64,000 bases of DNA from Actinomycetota bacterium. GTDB taxonomy: Bacteria > Actinomycetota > Acidimicrobiia > Spongiisociales > UBA4744. Position 1 is the stretch's first letter, and each line of letters opens with the position of its first letter. This document shows positions 1 through 10,291 of the stretch, in pieces. The stretch covers positions 1 to 64,000 of the forward strand of contig JAADGS010000023.1 of the NCBI GenBank assembly GCA_013152275.1, in the 5' to 3' direction. A program made the translations under genes and the position numbers. Under the pieces are notes generated by a model, which saw only the letters and a list, made by a program, of their open reading frames with translations, was not told the origin of the DNA and searched no databases.

Positions 1-1
1 G

Positions 2-1063
2 ATCTCTCGTGAGCTTCGACGCAACGCCGCTACACGCGGCGGAAAGCTTGAGTATCGGGCCGGGATTGCGCAGTGGAAGGCGGAGCTGGTGGCGCGCCGA
101 CCCAAGACAGCGAAACTTGTCACAAACGACCGGCTACGTGAATACGTTCAGGACCGTTTGTCCGGCAAGATCGAGCGGCCGGATGGCCAAGTCGTTGCTG
201 GCCCGGAGGTGAAGTTCGTTGGTCGGCGCCATGGTCGTCGAGCGGACCGGCGTTGGGCAAAGGCGTGGAGCCCCGAGCAGATTTCGAACAGGCTTCGCGT
301 CGACTTTCCTGCAGATGAGTCCATGCGAATCTCACACGAGGCCATCTACCAAGCCCTCTACATCAAGGATCGGGGCGCTCTGGAGCGTGAACTCGTCACA
401 TGCTTGCGAACCGGTCGAGCGCTCCGTGTCCCACGAGCAAGGACCAGCCAGAGAGGTAAGAAGTTCGTCACGCCAGAGGTGATGATCTCCAAACGCCCTT
501 CCGAAGCCGATGACCGAGCGATTGCCGGCCACTGGGAGGGCGACCTCATCATTGGTTTGAACCGCTCGGCGATTGGCACGCTGGTCGAGCGGACCACGAG
601 GTTCACGATGCTTCTCCATCTGCCACGAATGGAAGGCTATGGCGAGGGGCCTCGGGTCAAGAACGGGCCGCCCCTGGCTGGTCTTGGTGCTGAGGCGGTT
701 CGAACCGCGATCGCTGCATCTGTCTGGTGTTTGCCGCGGGAACTCTGGCGATCACTGTCCTGGGACCAGGGGTCTGAGATCGCCCAGCACGCACAGCTGA
801 CCATCGACACAGGGCTGCCCATCTACCTCTGTGACCCCCGAAGCCCGTGGCAGCGAGGAACCAACGAGAACACCAACGGACTGCTTCGCCAATACTTCCC
901 GAAGGGCACCGACCTTGCCAGACACTCGCGAGATGATCTCGATGCTGTTGCCCTCGCCCTCAACACCCGACCCCGCAAGACCCTCGGCTGGAAGACACCC
1001 ACTGAAGCGATGGCCGAGCTTCTAGAGTCTGCTCAACAGCAAAGTGTTGCTTCGACCCCTTGA
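2..1063 (+). mobile_element. IS30-family transposase, 5'-truncated by window edge
   Basis: Frame open from base 2 (ISRELRRN). Motifs WSPEQI, ISHEAIYQALY, GHWEGDLI, WDQGSE and SPWQRGTNENTNGLLRQYFPKG are typical of IS30 DDE transposases. Confidence 0.95.
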
Positions 1064-1068
1064 ACCTG

Positions 1069-1422
1069 AGCAATACCTGTCGATTCGCTACTCGCAGCGC
1101 TTGGCCGACAACGACATCGTCGCCTCGGTCGGATCGAAAGGCGACAGCTACGACAACGCCATGGTCGAGTCGTTCAACGGGCTGTACAAGTGGGAGCTGA
1201 TCTACCCCCAGGGACCCTGGCGGGGCCTCGAGGACGTCGAGTACGCCACCCTCGAATACGTCGACTGGTTCAACCATCGGCGCCTCCACGGAGAGATCCT
1301 CAGTGGCCGCCGCAGGTTCACCACCCCCGCAGCCCACGAAGCCGCCTACTACCGTCAAACGAGCACAACCAACACGGTCGTGACTCAATAAACCGAGTCT
1401 CTACAGAACCCGGGGTGCTTCA
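1069..1422 (+). mobile_element. IS3-family element, 3' remnant (OrfB C-terminus to 1391, right end near 1422)
   Basis: QYLSIRYSQRL, SVGSKGDSYDNAMVESFNGLYKWE and WFNHRRLH are integrase-core motifs. The terminal sequence GAGTCTCTACAGAACCCGGGGTGCTTCA ends in CA. Confidence 0.85.
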
Positions 1423-1748
1423 CCTCACCTGAACGAGAATCCACAAAGACCCGTCAACCAGTACCGACCCACGCTCCTAGGAGTGTGCCGAGCGACCTAC
1501 GGTGCGCGTCTCGGGGACCGTTCATGACCCATCACACAGATCAATCCGACCGTTTCACAGGGTCGACGCGCCGTGTCTTCCATTTCGACTCGGTGCACGG
1601 CCGTGCCTTCGTCGTGTTGGAGCCGTCATCCCCGCCCCGCGGTCTTGCGATGGTCGTCGCGATACGAAGTACAAAGCGCCCGGTAGCCGGCACCGAGAAC
1701 GCATCGTCGGTCCGGAGTACTTGTCTCCGGAGTTGATACACTCGCCCG

Positions 1749-2414
1749 ATGCAGCCTGCACGCATCGCCCCTTCGCTTCTCGCTGCGGACTTTGCACACC
1801 TCGCAGAAGAGGTCGCGATGGTCGAGCCGCATGTCGAGTTTCTGCATCTCGACGTGATGGACGGACACTTCGTTCCCAATATCACGTTTGGAACTCCGGT
1901 CATCGCCGCTCTGCGGCGCTTTTCCTCCTTGTTCTTCGATTGCCACTTGATGACGACGAATCCCGACGCCCACTTCCCGGCGTTGCATACCGCAGGAGCC
2001 GATCTCGTCACGGTGCACATCGAGGTGTGCCCGGATCCGACGAGAGTGGCCGCACGGGCACGGGCCGAAGGGTTGTCGTTCGGCCTGGCCCTGAACCCTT
2101 CCACGCCGTTCGAAGCTGTGGAGCCCTTCGTCGAACTCGTCGACCTCCTGCTCATCATGTCGGTGCATCCGGGCTTGGGAGGGCAATCGTTCATCAGCGA
2201 TTCGCTCAAGAAGGTCGAGATTGCGAGAAAGTTCATTGATTCTCACTCTCTGACGACCGATATAGAGATCGACGGAGGTGTGAGCTCTGAGAATGCCCGT
2301 GCAGCACGGGACGTCGGAGTTGACGTGTTCGTGGCCGGAAGCGCGATCTTCGGGTCACCGGATCCGGTCGCAGCCGTACGGCACCTCAGAGCGGCAGTCG
2401 AATCGATGGAGTGA
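1749..2414 (+). CDS. rpe: ribulose-phosphate 3-epimerase
   Basis: IAPSLLAADF, HLDVMDGHFVPNITFG, DCHLM, IEIDGGV. Confidence 0.97.
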   Translation: MQPARIAPSLLAADFAHLAEEVAMVEPHVEFLHLDVMDGHFVPNITFGTPVIAALRRFSSLFFDCHLMTTNPDAHFPALHTAGADLVTVHIEVCPDPTRVAARARAEGLSFGLALNPSTPFEAVEPFVELVDLLLIMSVHPGLGGQSFISDSLKKVEIARKFIDSHSLTTDIEIDGGVSSENARAARDVGVDVFVAGSAIFGSPDPVAAVRHLRAAVESME

Positions 2415-2415
2415 G

Positions 2416-3345
2416 ATGGCACAGCGGATTCTGGTGGCGGACGACGATCCGGACATCCTGCAGTTCATTCGCGTGAACTTGGAGTTCGAGGGGTTTCAGG
2501 TCACCGAGGCGCGAGATGGTCTCGAAGCGATCGAGTCGGTCATGAAAGAACCTCCCGACCTCGTCCTTCTCGATGTCATGATGCCCAAGTTGGATGGTTT
2601 CGACGTCCTCCGTCGTCTGCGGACGCATCCTTCGGCTGCGAATACGTCCGTGATCCTGCTCACGGCGCGAACGATGCCAGAAGATCGCATTCGTGGTCTC
2701 GACCTCGGTGCAGACGACTACATCAACAAGCCCTTCGATGTCGAAGAGCTCGTCGCGCGCGTCAAGGCCGTCATGCGCCGCTCCCAGACGATGCGAGACG
2801 TGTCACCGCTGACGGGGCTACCGGGGAACTTCAGGATATCCGAGGAGATGGAGCGGCGTGTTGCGGAGCGCGGGCCGATCGCCATCGTCCACGCCGATCT
2901 CGACAACTTCAAGTCGTTCAACGACCACTACGGCTTCATGCGAGGCGACCAGGTCATCAAGTACACGGCCCACGTTCTGCTCGAGGCCGCGGCGGAGAAC
3001 GAGGATCCTCGAGTCTTCGTCGGACACATCGGCGGTGACGATTTCGTCGCCTTGATCCACCCGGAATCGGTCGTGGCGTTCTGCGAAGCGACCATCCGGA
3101 TCTTCGATGCGGGCATTCTCGACTTTTACGACACCGCGGACGCGCTGCGGGGATACGTGGAGGTGGCCGACCGGCGGGGAGAACAGCACGCGTTCCCCAT
3201 CATCTCGATATCGCTCGGCGTTGCCACCAATCGATACCGGGCCATCACTTCACAATGGGAGGCCTCGGCGGTGGCGGTCGAGATGAAAGAGTTCGCCAAG
3301 GCAACGGCCGGATCCGCCTACGAAATCGATCGCCGCACATCCTGA
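2416..3345 (+). CDS. response regulator receiver + GGDEF-type (GGDDF) diguanylate cyclase domain protein
   Basis: REC motifs ILVADDD, LLDVMMP, DYINKPF. GGDEF motifs PLTGLPGN, DLDNFKSFNDHYG, HIGGDDF. ATG at 2416 follows the rpe stop. Confidence 0.9.
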   Translation: MAQRILVADDDPDILQFIRVNLEFEGFQVTEARDGLEAIESVMKEPPDLVLLDVMMPKLDGFDVLRRLRTHPSAANTSVILLTARTMPEDRIRGLDLGADDYINKPFDVEELVARVKAVMRRSQTMRDVSPLTGLPGNFRISEEMERRVAERGPIAIVHADLDNFKSFNDHYGFMRGDQVIKYTAHVLLEAAAENEDPRVFVGHIGGDDFVALIHPESVVAFCEATIRIFDAGILDFYDTADALRGYVEVADRRGEQHAFPIISISLGVATNRYRAITSQWEASAVAVEMKEFAKATAGSAYEIDRRTS

Positions 3346-3517
3346 GCAGGGCGCCCTCGTTGCCGACCAAGACACGAGGGCCTCGACGAGCAGCTCCTGG
3401 GCCGTTGCGTAGGCCGAGTCGCGATACGAAGTGCGGACCGAGTCGGTGAGCGACGTTCCTGGCCTGCTGTCGACACCATGGTTTTCAGATACCAGGGTGT
3501 CACTAGACTGTTGAGCA

Positions 3518-3632
3518 GCCCCCTTCAGGGCAGGGTGCAATTCCCGACCGGCGGTGAGAGTCCGCGACCCCTTCGGGGTGGATCCGGTGGAACTCCGGAG
3601 CCGACGGTGAAAGTCCGGATGAGAGAAGGAGG
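3518..3632 (+). ncRNA. FMN riboswitch (RFN element)
   Basis: CTTCAGGGCAGGGTGCAATTCCCGACCGGCGGT...CCGACGGTGAAAGTCCGGATGAGAGAAG, directly upstream of the rib operon. Confidence 0.97.
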
Positions 3633-3676
3633 GCGTCATGCGTTCGCGCGCGTCCGCCCCACAGAAGAGGTGACGT

Positions 3677-4720
3677 GTGGACGAACACTGGATGGCCCGG
3701 AGTCTCGATATCGCACGAGATACGTATCCCCATCCGAATCCGCGTGTGGGAGCCGTCGTTGTCGACGCGAAGGGCGAGCCGGCAGGCGAGGGCAGCCACG
3801 CCGGCCCGGGCAGACCCCATGCCGAGGTGGTTGCGCTCAACAGCGCCGGCATTTCGGCGCGAGACGGAACGATCTACGTCACGCTCGAACCGTGTGTCCA
3901 TGTTGGTAGGACTCCACCTTGTGTCGGCGCCATCGTCGCTGCCGGGATCCGGCGTGTCGTCGTGGCAGCCGAAGATCCGGATGTCCGTGTTGCCGGCAAG
4001 GGTATGGAGGCGCTGCGGGCGGCGGGACTCGAGGTCGAGGTCGGTGTGATGGCGGACGAAGCTCGAGCGCTCGATCCCGGTTACTTCCACCATCGCAGAA
4101 CGGGGCGTCCGATGGTCACGCTGAAGGCGGCGGCGACACTCGACGGTCAGGTGGCGGCCCTCGACGGTTCGTCGCAGTGGATCACCGATGAGGTCGCACG
4201 AAAGGATGCACATCGTCTGCGTGCCACGGCAGATGCCGTGATGGTGGGAGCCGGGACGCTGCGCGCCGACGATCCCCGGCTGGACGTTCGGCTGCCGGAA
4301 TACTCGGGTCCGCAGCCGGTGCCCGTTCTCGTCGCTGGGACACGGCCGATTCCCGTCGATGCTCGGCTGGTGGCTCGCGACCCGATCGTGCTCAGCCCCG
4401 TGGCGATCGAGGGCCTCGACACGATCGTCGCGCCTGCAGACGGAGCGGTCGATCTTCGGCTCGGCCTCGAGGGTCTCGGCAGGCGGGGCATCGTGGATCT
4501 TCTGGTCGAGGGCGGCCCGAGGCTGGCTGCTTCGTTGCTGTCCGAAAACCTCGTCGACCGGATCGTTCTCTACCTCGGCGCCCGAGTTGCCGGAGGTGCA
4601 GGGAAGACCGTGTTCGAAGGGGAGTTTGCCACCCTGTCACAGAGTCGGCGGGTGCGCATCACACATGTGGGGACGGTGGGTGTGGACGTGAAGATCGAGG
4701 CCATCTTGGAGGATGATTGA
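3677..4720 (+). CDS. ribD: bifunctional diaminohydroxyphosphoribosylaminopyrimidine deaminase/reductase
   Basis: PNPRVGAV, HAE, TLEPCVHVGRTPPC, SQWIT, LLVEGG. Confidence 0.97.
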   Translation: MDEHWMARSLDIARDTYPHPNPRVGAVVVDAKGEPAGEGSHAGPGRPHAEVVALNSAGISARDGTIYVTLEPCVHVGRTPPCVGAIVAAGIRRVVVAAEDPDVRVAGKGMEALRAAGLEVEVGVMADEARALDPGYFHHRRTGRPMVTLKAAATLDGQVAALDGSSQWITDEVARKDAHRLRATADAVMVGAGTLRADDPRLDVRLPEYSGPQPVPVLVAGTRPIPVDARLVARDPIVLSPVAIEGLDTIVAPADGAVDLRLGLEGLGRRGIVDLLVEGGPRLAASLLSENLVDRIVLYLGARVAGGAGKTVFEGEFATLSQSRRVRITHVGTVGVDVKIEAILEDD

Positions 4721-5307
4721 TGTTTACCGGAATCGTTGAATCGCTCGGCAGTGTGCGGGGCGTCACGGTGACCGACCTGGGTTGTCGACTCGACATCGAG
4801 ACGGAGCTTTCCGGGCTCGACATCGGTGACTCGATCGCGGTCAACGGCGTGTGTTTGACAGTCGTGGCATGCCCGCAAGGGGGCTTCGAAGCCGACGTCG
4901 TGCACGAGACCCTTCTGCGCACCGATCTGGGCGCGTTGGAGGCGGGCATGTCCGTTGATTTGGAACGTCCGCTACCGGCATCGGGGCGCTTCGACGGTCA
5001 CATCGTCCAGGGGCACGTCGACGGGGTCGGGCATGTGCGGGCACTGGAGCCCGAGGGCGACAGCCTGCGCATGCGTGTCGGCGTTCCGGAGGCGATCGCA
5101 CCGTACGTGGCGGAGAAAGGATCTGTCGCCGTCGACGGTGTCAGCCTCACGGTGACCTCCGTGGGCGAGGACTGGTTCGAGGTTGCGCTGATTCCGCACA
5201 CGCTCGAAGTGACGGTCCTCGGGCTTCGAGGCCCAGGTGACCCCGTGAACATCGAGGTCGATGTGATCGCCAAGTATCTCGAACGCCTGATGGAGATGAA
5301 ACGATGA
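4720..5307 (+). CDS. ribE: riboflavin synthase alpha chain
   Basis: MFTGIVE start, [22 protein letters not shown]. Confidence 0.97.
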   Translation: MFTGIVESLGSVRGVTVTDLGCRLDIETELSGLDIGDSIAVNGVCLTVVACPQGGFEADVVHETLLRTDLGALEAGMSVDLERPLPASGRFDGHIVQGHVDGVGHVRALEPEGDSLRMRVGVPEAIAPYVAEKGSVAVDGVSLTVTSVGEDWFEVALIPHTLEVTVLGLRGPGDPVNIEVDVIAKYLERLMEMKR

Positions 5308-6524
5308 CCTTCGCACCGATAGAAGACGCAATCGCAGCGATCTCGAGCGGCGAGTTCGTCGTCGTTGTCGACGATGAGGACCGAGAGAACGAGGGCGACC
5401 TCATCCTCGCAGCCGAGAAGGCGACACCGGAGAAGATCGGATTCATGGTGCGTCACACGAGTGGCATCATCTGCGTGCCGCTCACGGGGGAACGCCTCGA
5501 CGAGTTGCGTATCCCGATGATGGTGATGCAGAACACCGACGTCCGAAACACCGCCTTCACCGTCTCGGTGGACTACGCACCGGCGACGACGACGGGAATC
5601 TCGGCGGCCGACAGGGCTGCGACGATCCGAGCGATGGTCGATCATGCGACCGAGCCCGAGGATCTCACGAGGCCCGGTCATCTCTTTCCGCTGCGGTATC
5701 GGGCCGGCGGAGTGCTCCGGCGGGCAGGCCACACCGAAGCCGCGGTCGATCTGGCCACCTTGGCCGGACTCCGACCCGCCGGAGTACTTGCCGAGATCGT
5801 GGGTGACGACGGTTCCATCGCTCGCCTCCCGGACCTGGAGCGGTTCGCCCGCAAGCACCATCTCGTCATGATCCAGATAGCGGATCTGATCGCATACCGT
5901 CGCCGGCGCCAGCGGTTGATCCGGCGCGGGGCCGAGGCACGCATTCCAACGGAGTTTGGTGTCTTCGAGGCGATCGCCTACGAATCCCTCGTCGATCATC
6001 GTGAGCATCTGGCGCTCGTCAAAGGGGAGATCGCGGGCAAGGGAGACGTGCTGGTGAGGGTTCATTCGGAATGCCTGACCGGGGACACGCTCGGCAGTCT
6101 TCGCTGCGATTGTGGTTTCCAGCTGCGGGACGCGATGAGCAAGATCGCCGCCGAGGGGAGTGGCGTTGTGCTCTATCTGCGTGGACACGAAGGCAGAGGA
6201 ATCGGGCTGATGCACAAGCTGGAGGCATACGCGCTGCAAGACCACGGTCGCGACACGGTGGAGGCGAATCTCGAATTGGGGCTGCCAACGGACGCCAGGG
6301 ACTATGGAGTGGGTGCCCAGATCCTCGCCGACCTGGGGATCACCACGATGCGACTGCTGACGAACAACCCGACGAAACGTGCGGGTATCGAGGGCTACGG
6401 CCTCGAGATCACCGAGACCGTCCCACTGGAAGTGAGGCCGAATCCCGAGAACCTCGGCTATCTGACGACGAAGGTCGAGAAGCTCGGGCATTCCATTCAT
6501 CTGGAGGATGTAGATGCGACTTGA
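5304..6524 (+). CDS. ribBA: 3,4-dihydroxy-2-butanone-4-phosphate synthase / GTP cyclohydrolase II
   Basis: [32 protein letters not shown]. Confidence 0.97.
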   Translation: MTFAPIEDAIAAISSGEFVVVVDDEDRENEGDLILAAEKATPEKIGFMVRHTSGIICVPLTGERLDELRIPMMVMQNTDVRNTAFTVSVDYAPATTTGISAADRAATIRAMVDHATEPEDLTRPGHLFPLRYRAGGVLRRAGHTEAAVDLATLAGLRPAGVLAEIVGDDGSIARLPDLERFARKHHLVMIQIADLIAYRRRRQRLIRRGAEARIPTEFGVFEAIAYESLVDHREHLALVKGEIAGKGDVLVRVHSECLTGDTLGSLRCDCGFQLRDAMSKIAAEGSGVVLYLRGHEGRGIGLMHKLEAYALQDHGRDTVEANLELGLPTDARDYGVGAQILADLGITTMRLLTNNPTKRAGIEGYGLEITETVPLEVRPNPENLGYLTTKVEKLGHSIHLEDVDAT

Positions 6525-6975
6525 TGAGATTCGAGGGGAGCCGACGGGTGCCGGGCGCAAGGTTGGTGTCGTCGTCGCTTCTTTCAATCGTGTGGTCACC
6601 GACGGTCTGCTCGCCGGCGCGCTGGAGGCGCTCGAGTCCGCCGGTACCGAACAGGTGAGCGTCGTTCGGGTTCCCGGATCACTGGAGATTCCCCTTGCCG
6701 CGCAACGTCTCGCGCAGACAGGATACGATGCAGTGGTTGCGATCGGCGCGGTGATCAAGGGGGGAACCGACCATTACGAGCATGTGGCGAGTCGGTCGAT
6801 TGCCGGGATCGCGAACGTTTCGCTCTCCACGGGGACACCCGTGGGCAATGCGATCCTCACCGTGACCGAATTCGAGCACGCCAGAGATCGTTCGTTGCCA
6901 GGGTCGGCAAACAAGGGGTACGAGGCCGCCATGGCGGTGCTCGTACTGCTCGATGTGCTCGAGAAGATCGGTTGA
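6514..6975 (+). CDS. ribH: 6,7-dimethyl-8-ribityllumazine synthase
   Basis: [33 protein letters not shown]. Confidence 0.95.
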   Translation: MRLDEIRGEPTGAGRKVGVVVASFNRVVTDGLLAGALEALESAGTEQVSVVRVPGSLEIPLAAQRLAQTGYDAVVAIGAVIKGGTDHYEHVASRSIAGIANVSLSTGTPVGNAILTVTEFEHARDRSLPGSANKGYEAAMAVLVLLDVLEKIG

Positions 6976-7022
6976 GGCCGAGTCCGGGTTGCGAGCGGTC
7001 CCCGTTGCCGGAAGTCGCCGCA

Positions 7023-7050
7023 TTGACAGGATGAGGCCCAACCGTATACT
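7023..7050 (+). promoter_or_regulatory. sigma70/SigA-type promoter of infC operon
   Basis: TTGACA (7023-7028), 16-nt spacer, TATACT (7045-7050). Confidence 0.75.
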
Positions 7051-7059
7051 GCTGCAGAC

Positions 7060-7150
7060 AATTGAGCACAAGTGGAGACCATCCCACCCGGCCACCGAAG
7101 GTGCGCCGAGGTTCTGTTGAGACGGCAGTGGGCTTTGCTTGCTGTCGTTT
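7060..7150 (+). promoter_or_regulatory. probable L20-type ribosomal protein leader
   Basis: AAGTGGAGACC..CCCAC (7083-7087) can pair with GTGGG (7128-7132). Lies upstream of infC-rpmI-rplT. Confidence 0.5.
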
Positions 7151-7169
7151 TCCATAGAGGAGGATTGCG

Positions 7170-7868
7170 ATCGCCGAATTACGCGTCAATGGCTATATCC
7201 GAGCCCGAGAAGTCAGAGTCGTCGCCCCCGACGGGGGTCAAATCGGAATCAAGAAGCTGCAGGAGGCCTTGTGGCTGGCCGAGCAGCTGGGTTTGGATCT
7301 CGTTGAGGTGGCACCGAGCGCGAATCCGCCGGTTTGCCGGCTCATGGACTATGGCAAGTACAAGTACGAACAGTCCGTGAAGTCCCGGGAAGCTCGAAAG
7401 AACCAGACCCGGACCGTGATCAAGGAAGTCAAGTTCAAGCCGAAAATCGGCCAACACGACTATGAGATCAAGCGGAATCGGGTTCTGAAATTCCTCGAGC
7501 ACGGTGACAGGGTCAAGATCACGATCTGGTTCCGAGGTCGTGAGATGTCCCGTCCCGAGTTGGGGCTGAAGATCATCGATCGCCTCGTCGAGGAGATCGG
7601 CGACGCTGCCAAGATCGAGCAAGCACCACGACAAGAAGGACGGAACATGCACATGGTCCTCGTGCCGGTCCGCCAGAAGAAAGTCGTGAGACAGGACGAA
7701 GGTGCAGACGTCACCGAGGAAACCGTCCCTGTCGGAGCCGTCGTTCCTGTCGAGGGTGTCGAGGGTGCGGATACCGACGCCGAGATGCCCGGGGACGCCG
7801 TTGGTGTCGAGGGTGTCGAGGGTGTGGATACCGGTGCCGGGACCGATCCAGATGAGAGGAGCAGCTGA
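7170..7868 (+). CDS. infC: translation initiation factor IF-3 (ATC start; acidic C-terminal extension)
   Basis: SD GAGGAGG 7157-7163, in-frame ATC at 7170 giving AELRVNGYIRAREVRV. Motifs DLVEVAP, PVCRLMDYGKYKY, GDRVKITIWFRGRE. Confidence 0.93.
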   Translation: MAELRVNGYIRAREVRVVAPDGGQIGIKKLQEALWLAEQLGLDLVEVAPSANPPVCRLMDYGKYKYEQSVKSREARKNQTRTVIKEVKFKPKIGQHDYEIKRNRVLKFLEHGDRVKITIWFRGREMSRPELGLKIIDRLVEEIGDAAKIEQAPRQEGRNMHMVLVPVRQKKVVRQDEGADVTEETVPVGAVVPVEGVEGADTDAEMPGDAVGVEGVEGVDTGAGTDPDERSS

Positions 7869-8059
7869 TGAAAACGAAAAGTCACCGGGGTGCCGCAAAG
7901 CGTATGCGACGCACCGGATCAGGCAAGATCGTGCGAGCGCGCGCGGGTCGAGGCCATCTGAAGCTCGCCAAGAGCCGGAAGCGTTTCCGTCAGCTCAAAG
8001 GCACTACCGAAATGACTCGCGGCGATCGGCGTACGGCGTCGCGTCTGCTGGGCCGCTAG
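7868..8059 (+). CDS. rpmI: 50S ribosomal protein L35
   Basis: [17 protein letters not shown]; position between infC and rplT. Confidence 0.95.
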   Translation: MKTKSHRGAAKRMRRTGSGKIVRARAGRGHLKLAKSRKRFRQLKGTTEMTRGDRRTASRLLGR

Positions 8060-8069
8060 GAGGCATCGT

Positions 8070-8426
8070 ATGGCACGGGTAAAACGCGCCCTTCACGGTC
8101 GGAAGAAGCATCGCAAGGTCCTCAACCGCGCCAAGGGCTACAAAGGTGCGAAGAGCCGCAGATTCCGCACGGCGAACGAGCAGGTCATGCATGCGATGTC
8201 CGACTCGTATCGAGACCGTCGCGCGAAGAAAGGCGAGTTCCGACGGCTCTGGATCTCCAGGATCAACGCCGCGGCACGGCAAAACGGGACAACCTATTCT
8301 CGCCTGATGGCCGGGTTGAAGGCGGCAGACATCGAGGTCGACCGAAAGATGCTCGCAGAGATGGCGGTCCATGACCCCGCGTCCTTCAGTCAGATCGTCG
8401 AGGCAGCCAACGCAGCCCAGCACTGA
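8070..8426 (+). CDS. rplT: 50S ribosomal protein L20
   Basis: [35 protein letters not shown]. Confidence 0.98.
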   Translation: MARVKRALHGRKKHRKVLNRAKGYKGAKSRRFRTANEQVMHAMSDSYRDRRAKKGEFRRLWISRINAAARQNGTTYSRLMAGLKAADIEVDRKMLAEMAVHDPASFSQIVEAANAAQH

Positions 8427-9168
8427 CCCGATCCGATCGACGCGAAACTCGCGGGTCGCTGCAGCCCTGAGGCTTCGGCGCTCCCGCGAGCGTCGCGCCA
8501 CCGGTCGGACGCTCCTCGAAGGCCCCAACCTGGTGCTCGCGGCGATCGCCGCCGGCCATGAACTCGACACGATCTTCGCCGTGGTGGGTGATCCTGTGGT
8601 CGAGGATCTCTCAGGGGTCTCCTATGTGAGTGAAGAGGTGCTCGAGCGGCTGGCCCCAACACAGCATCCGAGAGGACCCATCGCCATCATGAGGATCCCG
8701 GCGTCGGCAAGGGTCTCCCGCTCCTGCCTGTTGCTGTGGGGTGTCGGCGACCCGGGCAACATGGGCACCCTCATCCGCTCTGCGGCAGCCTTCGGCATGG
8801 ACGTGGCAGTCGATTCGAGGAGCACGGATCCATGGTCCCCGAAGACGCTGAGAGCTGCGGCGGGCGGCCATTTCCGAACGGCCATCGAAAGGGAGGCGAC
8901 ACCGGAGAGCCTGCAGGAGCGGGGCTTCACGACGGTGGCCGCCGTCCCGCGAGGCGGGATCGACCCGGTGGAGCTTGCATGTCGAGACCAGATTGCGATC
9001 ATCGTCGGGCCCGAGGCTCACGGCCTTCCCGCAGACGTCGTGGCCGCATCCGATCTGTTGGTCACCATTCCCATGCCGGGGGACATGGAGAGTCTGAATG
9101 TCGGAATCGCCGGAGCGATCCTGGCCTACGAGCGCAGCCGACATCATCTCGGGAGGGAAGACACCTGA
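8371..9168 (+). CDS. TrmH/SpoU-family RNA 2'-O-methyltransferase (start uncertain)
   Basis: [36 protein letters not shown] motifs; usual position between rplT and pheS. Confidence 0.88.
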   Translation: MTPRPSVRSSRQPTQPSTDPIRSTRNSRVAAALRLRRSRERRATGRTLLEGPNLVLAAIAAGHELDTIFAVVGDPVVEDLSGVSYVSEEVLERLAPTQHPRGPIAIMRIPASARVSRSCLLLWGVGDPGNMGTLIRSAAAFGMDVAVDSRSTDPWSPKTLRAAAGGHFRTAIEREATPESLQERGFTTVAAVPRGGIDPVELACRDQIAIIVGPEAHGLPADVVAASDLLVTIPMPGDMESLNVGIAGAILAYERSRHHLGREDT

Positions 9169-9256
9169 GAATCCGTCGCGAGCGTCCGGTGCGGCACGTG
9201 CTCGTCTCGGCACGATTGGAGGGCAGCAGCCGCGGGCGCGCTAACCTCCCGGCACG

Positions 9257-10291
9257 ATGGACCGCATCAAACAACTCCGCGCAGAGGCCCCCGGCCGTAT
9301 CCAAGCGGCTGCGAACCTCGATGTGCTTCAAGACCTCGAACGAGAACTGATCGGAAGATCGTCGATCATCGCTCGGCAGCGCAAGGCACTCGGCAAACTT
9401 CCGCCCGAAGAACGACCCGCCGTCGGCGCGGCGCTGAACGAGGCGTATCAGGAGTTGAAGGCGCAGCTGGACGCGCGACGAGTCGAGCTCGAAAGGGCCG
9501 CGGAGGACGAGCTCCTGGAGGTCGAACGCACCGATATCACGTTGCCCGTCTACGAGATTCCGAGGGGCCACCATCACCTGCTCACCGAAACCGTGGAGGA
9601 AGTCTGCGACATCTTCACCGCCCTCGGGTATGCGGTGACCACCGGGCCCGAGGTCGAGACTGCCGCCTACAACTTCGATGCACTCAACACGCCGCCGACA
9701 CACCCTGCGCGGCTCGAGTCGGACACGCTCTATGTGGATTGGGGCGACCCGGCGGACGAGCTGCTCTTGAGGACACAGACGTCGCCCATGCAGGTCCGTT
9801 ACATGGAGCAACATGAACCGCCGGTCTACGTGATCGTGCCGGGAAGGGTGTACCGGTCCGACGCCCTGGACGCGACCCATTCGCCCGTGTTCACGCAGGT
9901 CGAGGGCCTTTCGGTCGACGATGCCCTCACGTTCGCCGACTTGAAGGGAACGTTGCAGTATTTCATGGAGCGGTTCTTCGGCGCCGGTAGGAAGATACGC
10001 ATGTACCCGCACTTCTTTCCCTTCACGGAACCCTCCGCAGAGATGGCGGTGTCCTGCTTCAACTGCGAGGGCAGCGGATGCCGGGTGTGCGGGCAGACCG
10101 GATGGATCGAGCTTCTCGGGTGTGGAATGGTCGATCCGAACGTGTTCGAGGCCGTGGGCTACGATCCGACGGCGGTGTCCGGATTCGCGTTCGGGGTCGG
10201 GGTGGAACGGCTCGCGATGGTGCGGCACGGCATCGGGCACATCAAACACTTCTTTGACAACGACCTGCGCGTGTTGGAGCAGTTCCGATGA
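9257..10291 (+). CDS. pheS: phenylalanine-tRNA ligase alpha subunit
   Basis: LLRTQTSPMQ, GRVYRSD, FPFTEPS, GFAFGVGVERL. Confidence 0.98.
   Translation: MDRIKQLRAEAPGRIQAAANLDVLQDLERELIGRSSIIARQRKALGKLPPEERPAVGAALNEAYQELKAQLDARRVELERAAEDELLEVERTDITLPVYEIPRGHHHLLTETVEEVCDIFTALGYAVTTGPEVETAAYNFDALNTPPTHPARLESDTLYVDWGDPADELLLRTQTSPMQVRYMEQHEPPVYVIVPGRVYRSDALDATHSPVFTQVEGLSVDDALTFADLKGTLQYFMERFFGAGRKIRMYPHFFPFTEPSAEMAVSCFNCEGSGCRVCGQTGWIELLGCGMVDPNVFEAVGYDPTAVSGFAFGVGVERLAMVRHGIGHIKHFFDNDLRVLEQFR

Noticed and set aside
4998..6758. Long antisense ORFs (also 9062-10510, 48557-50080, 51307-52764)
   Set aside because: Typical high-GC shadow frames opposite well-supported genes.
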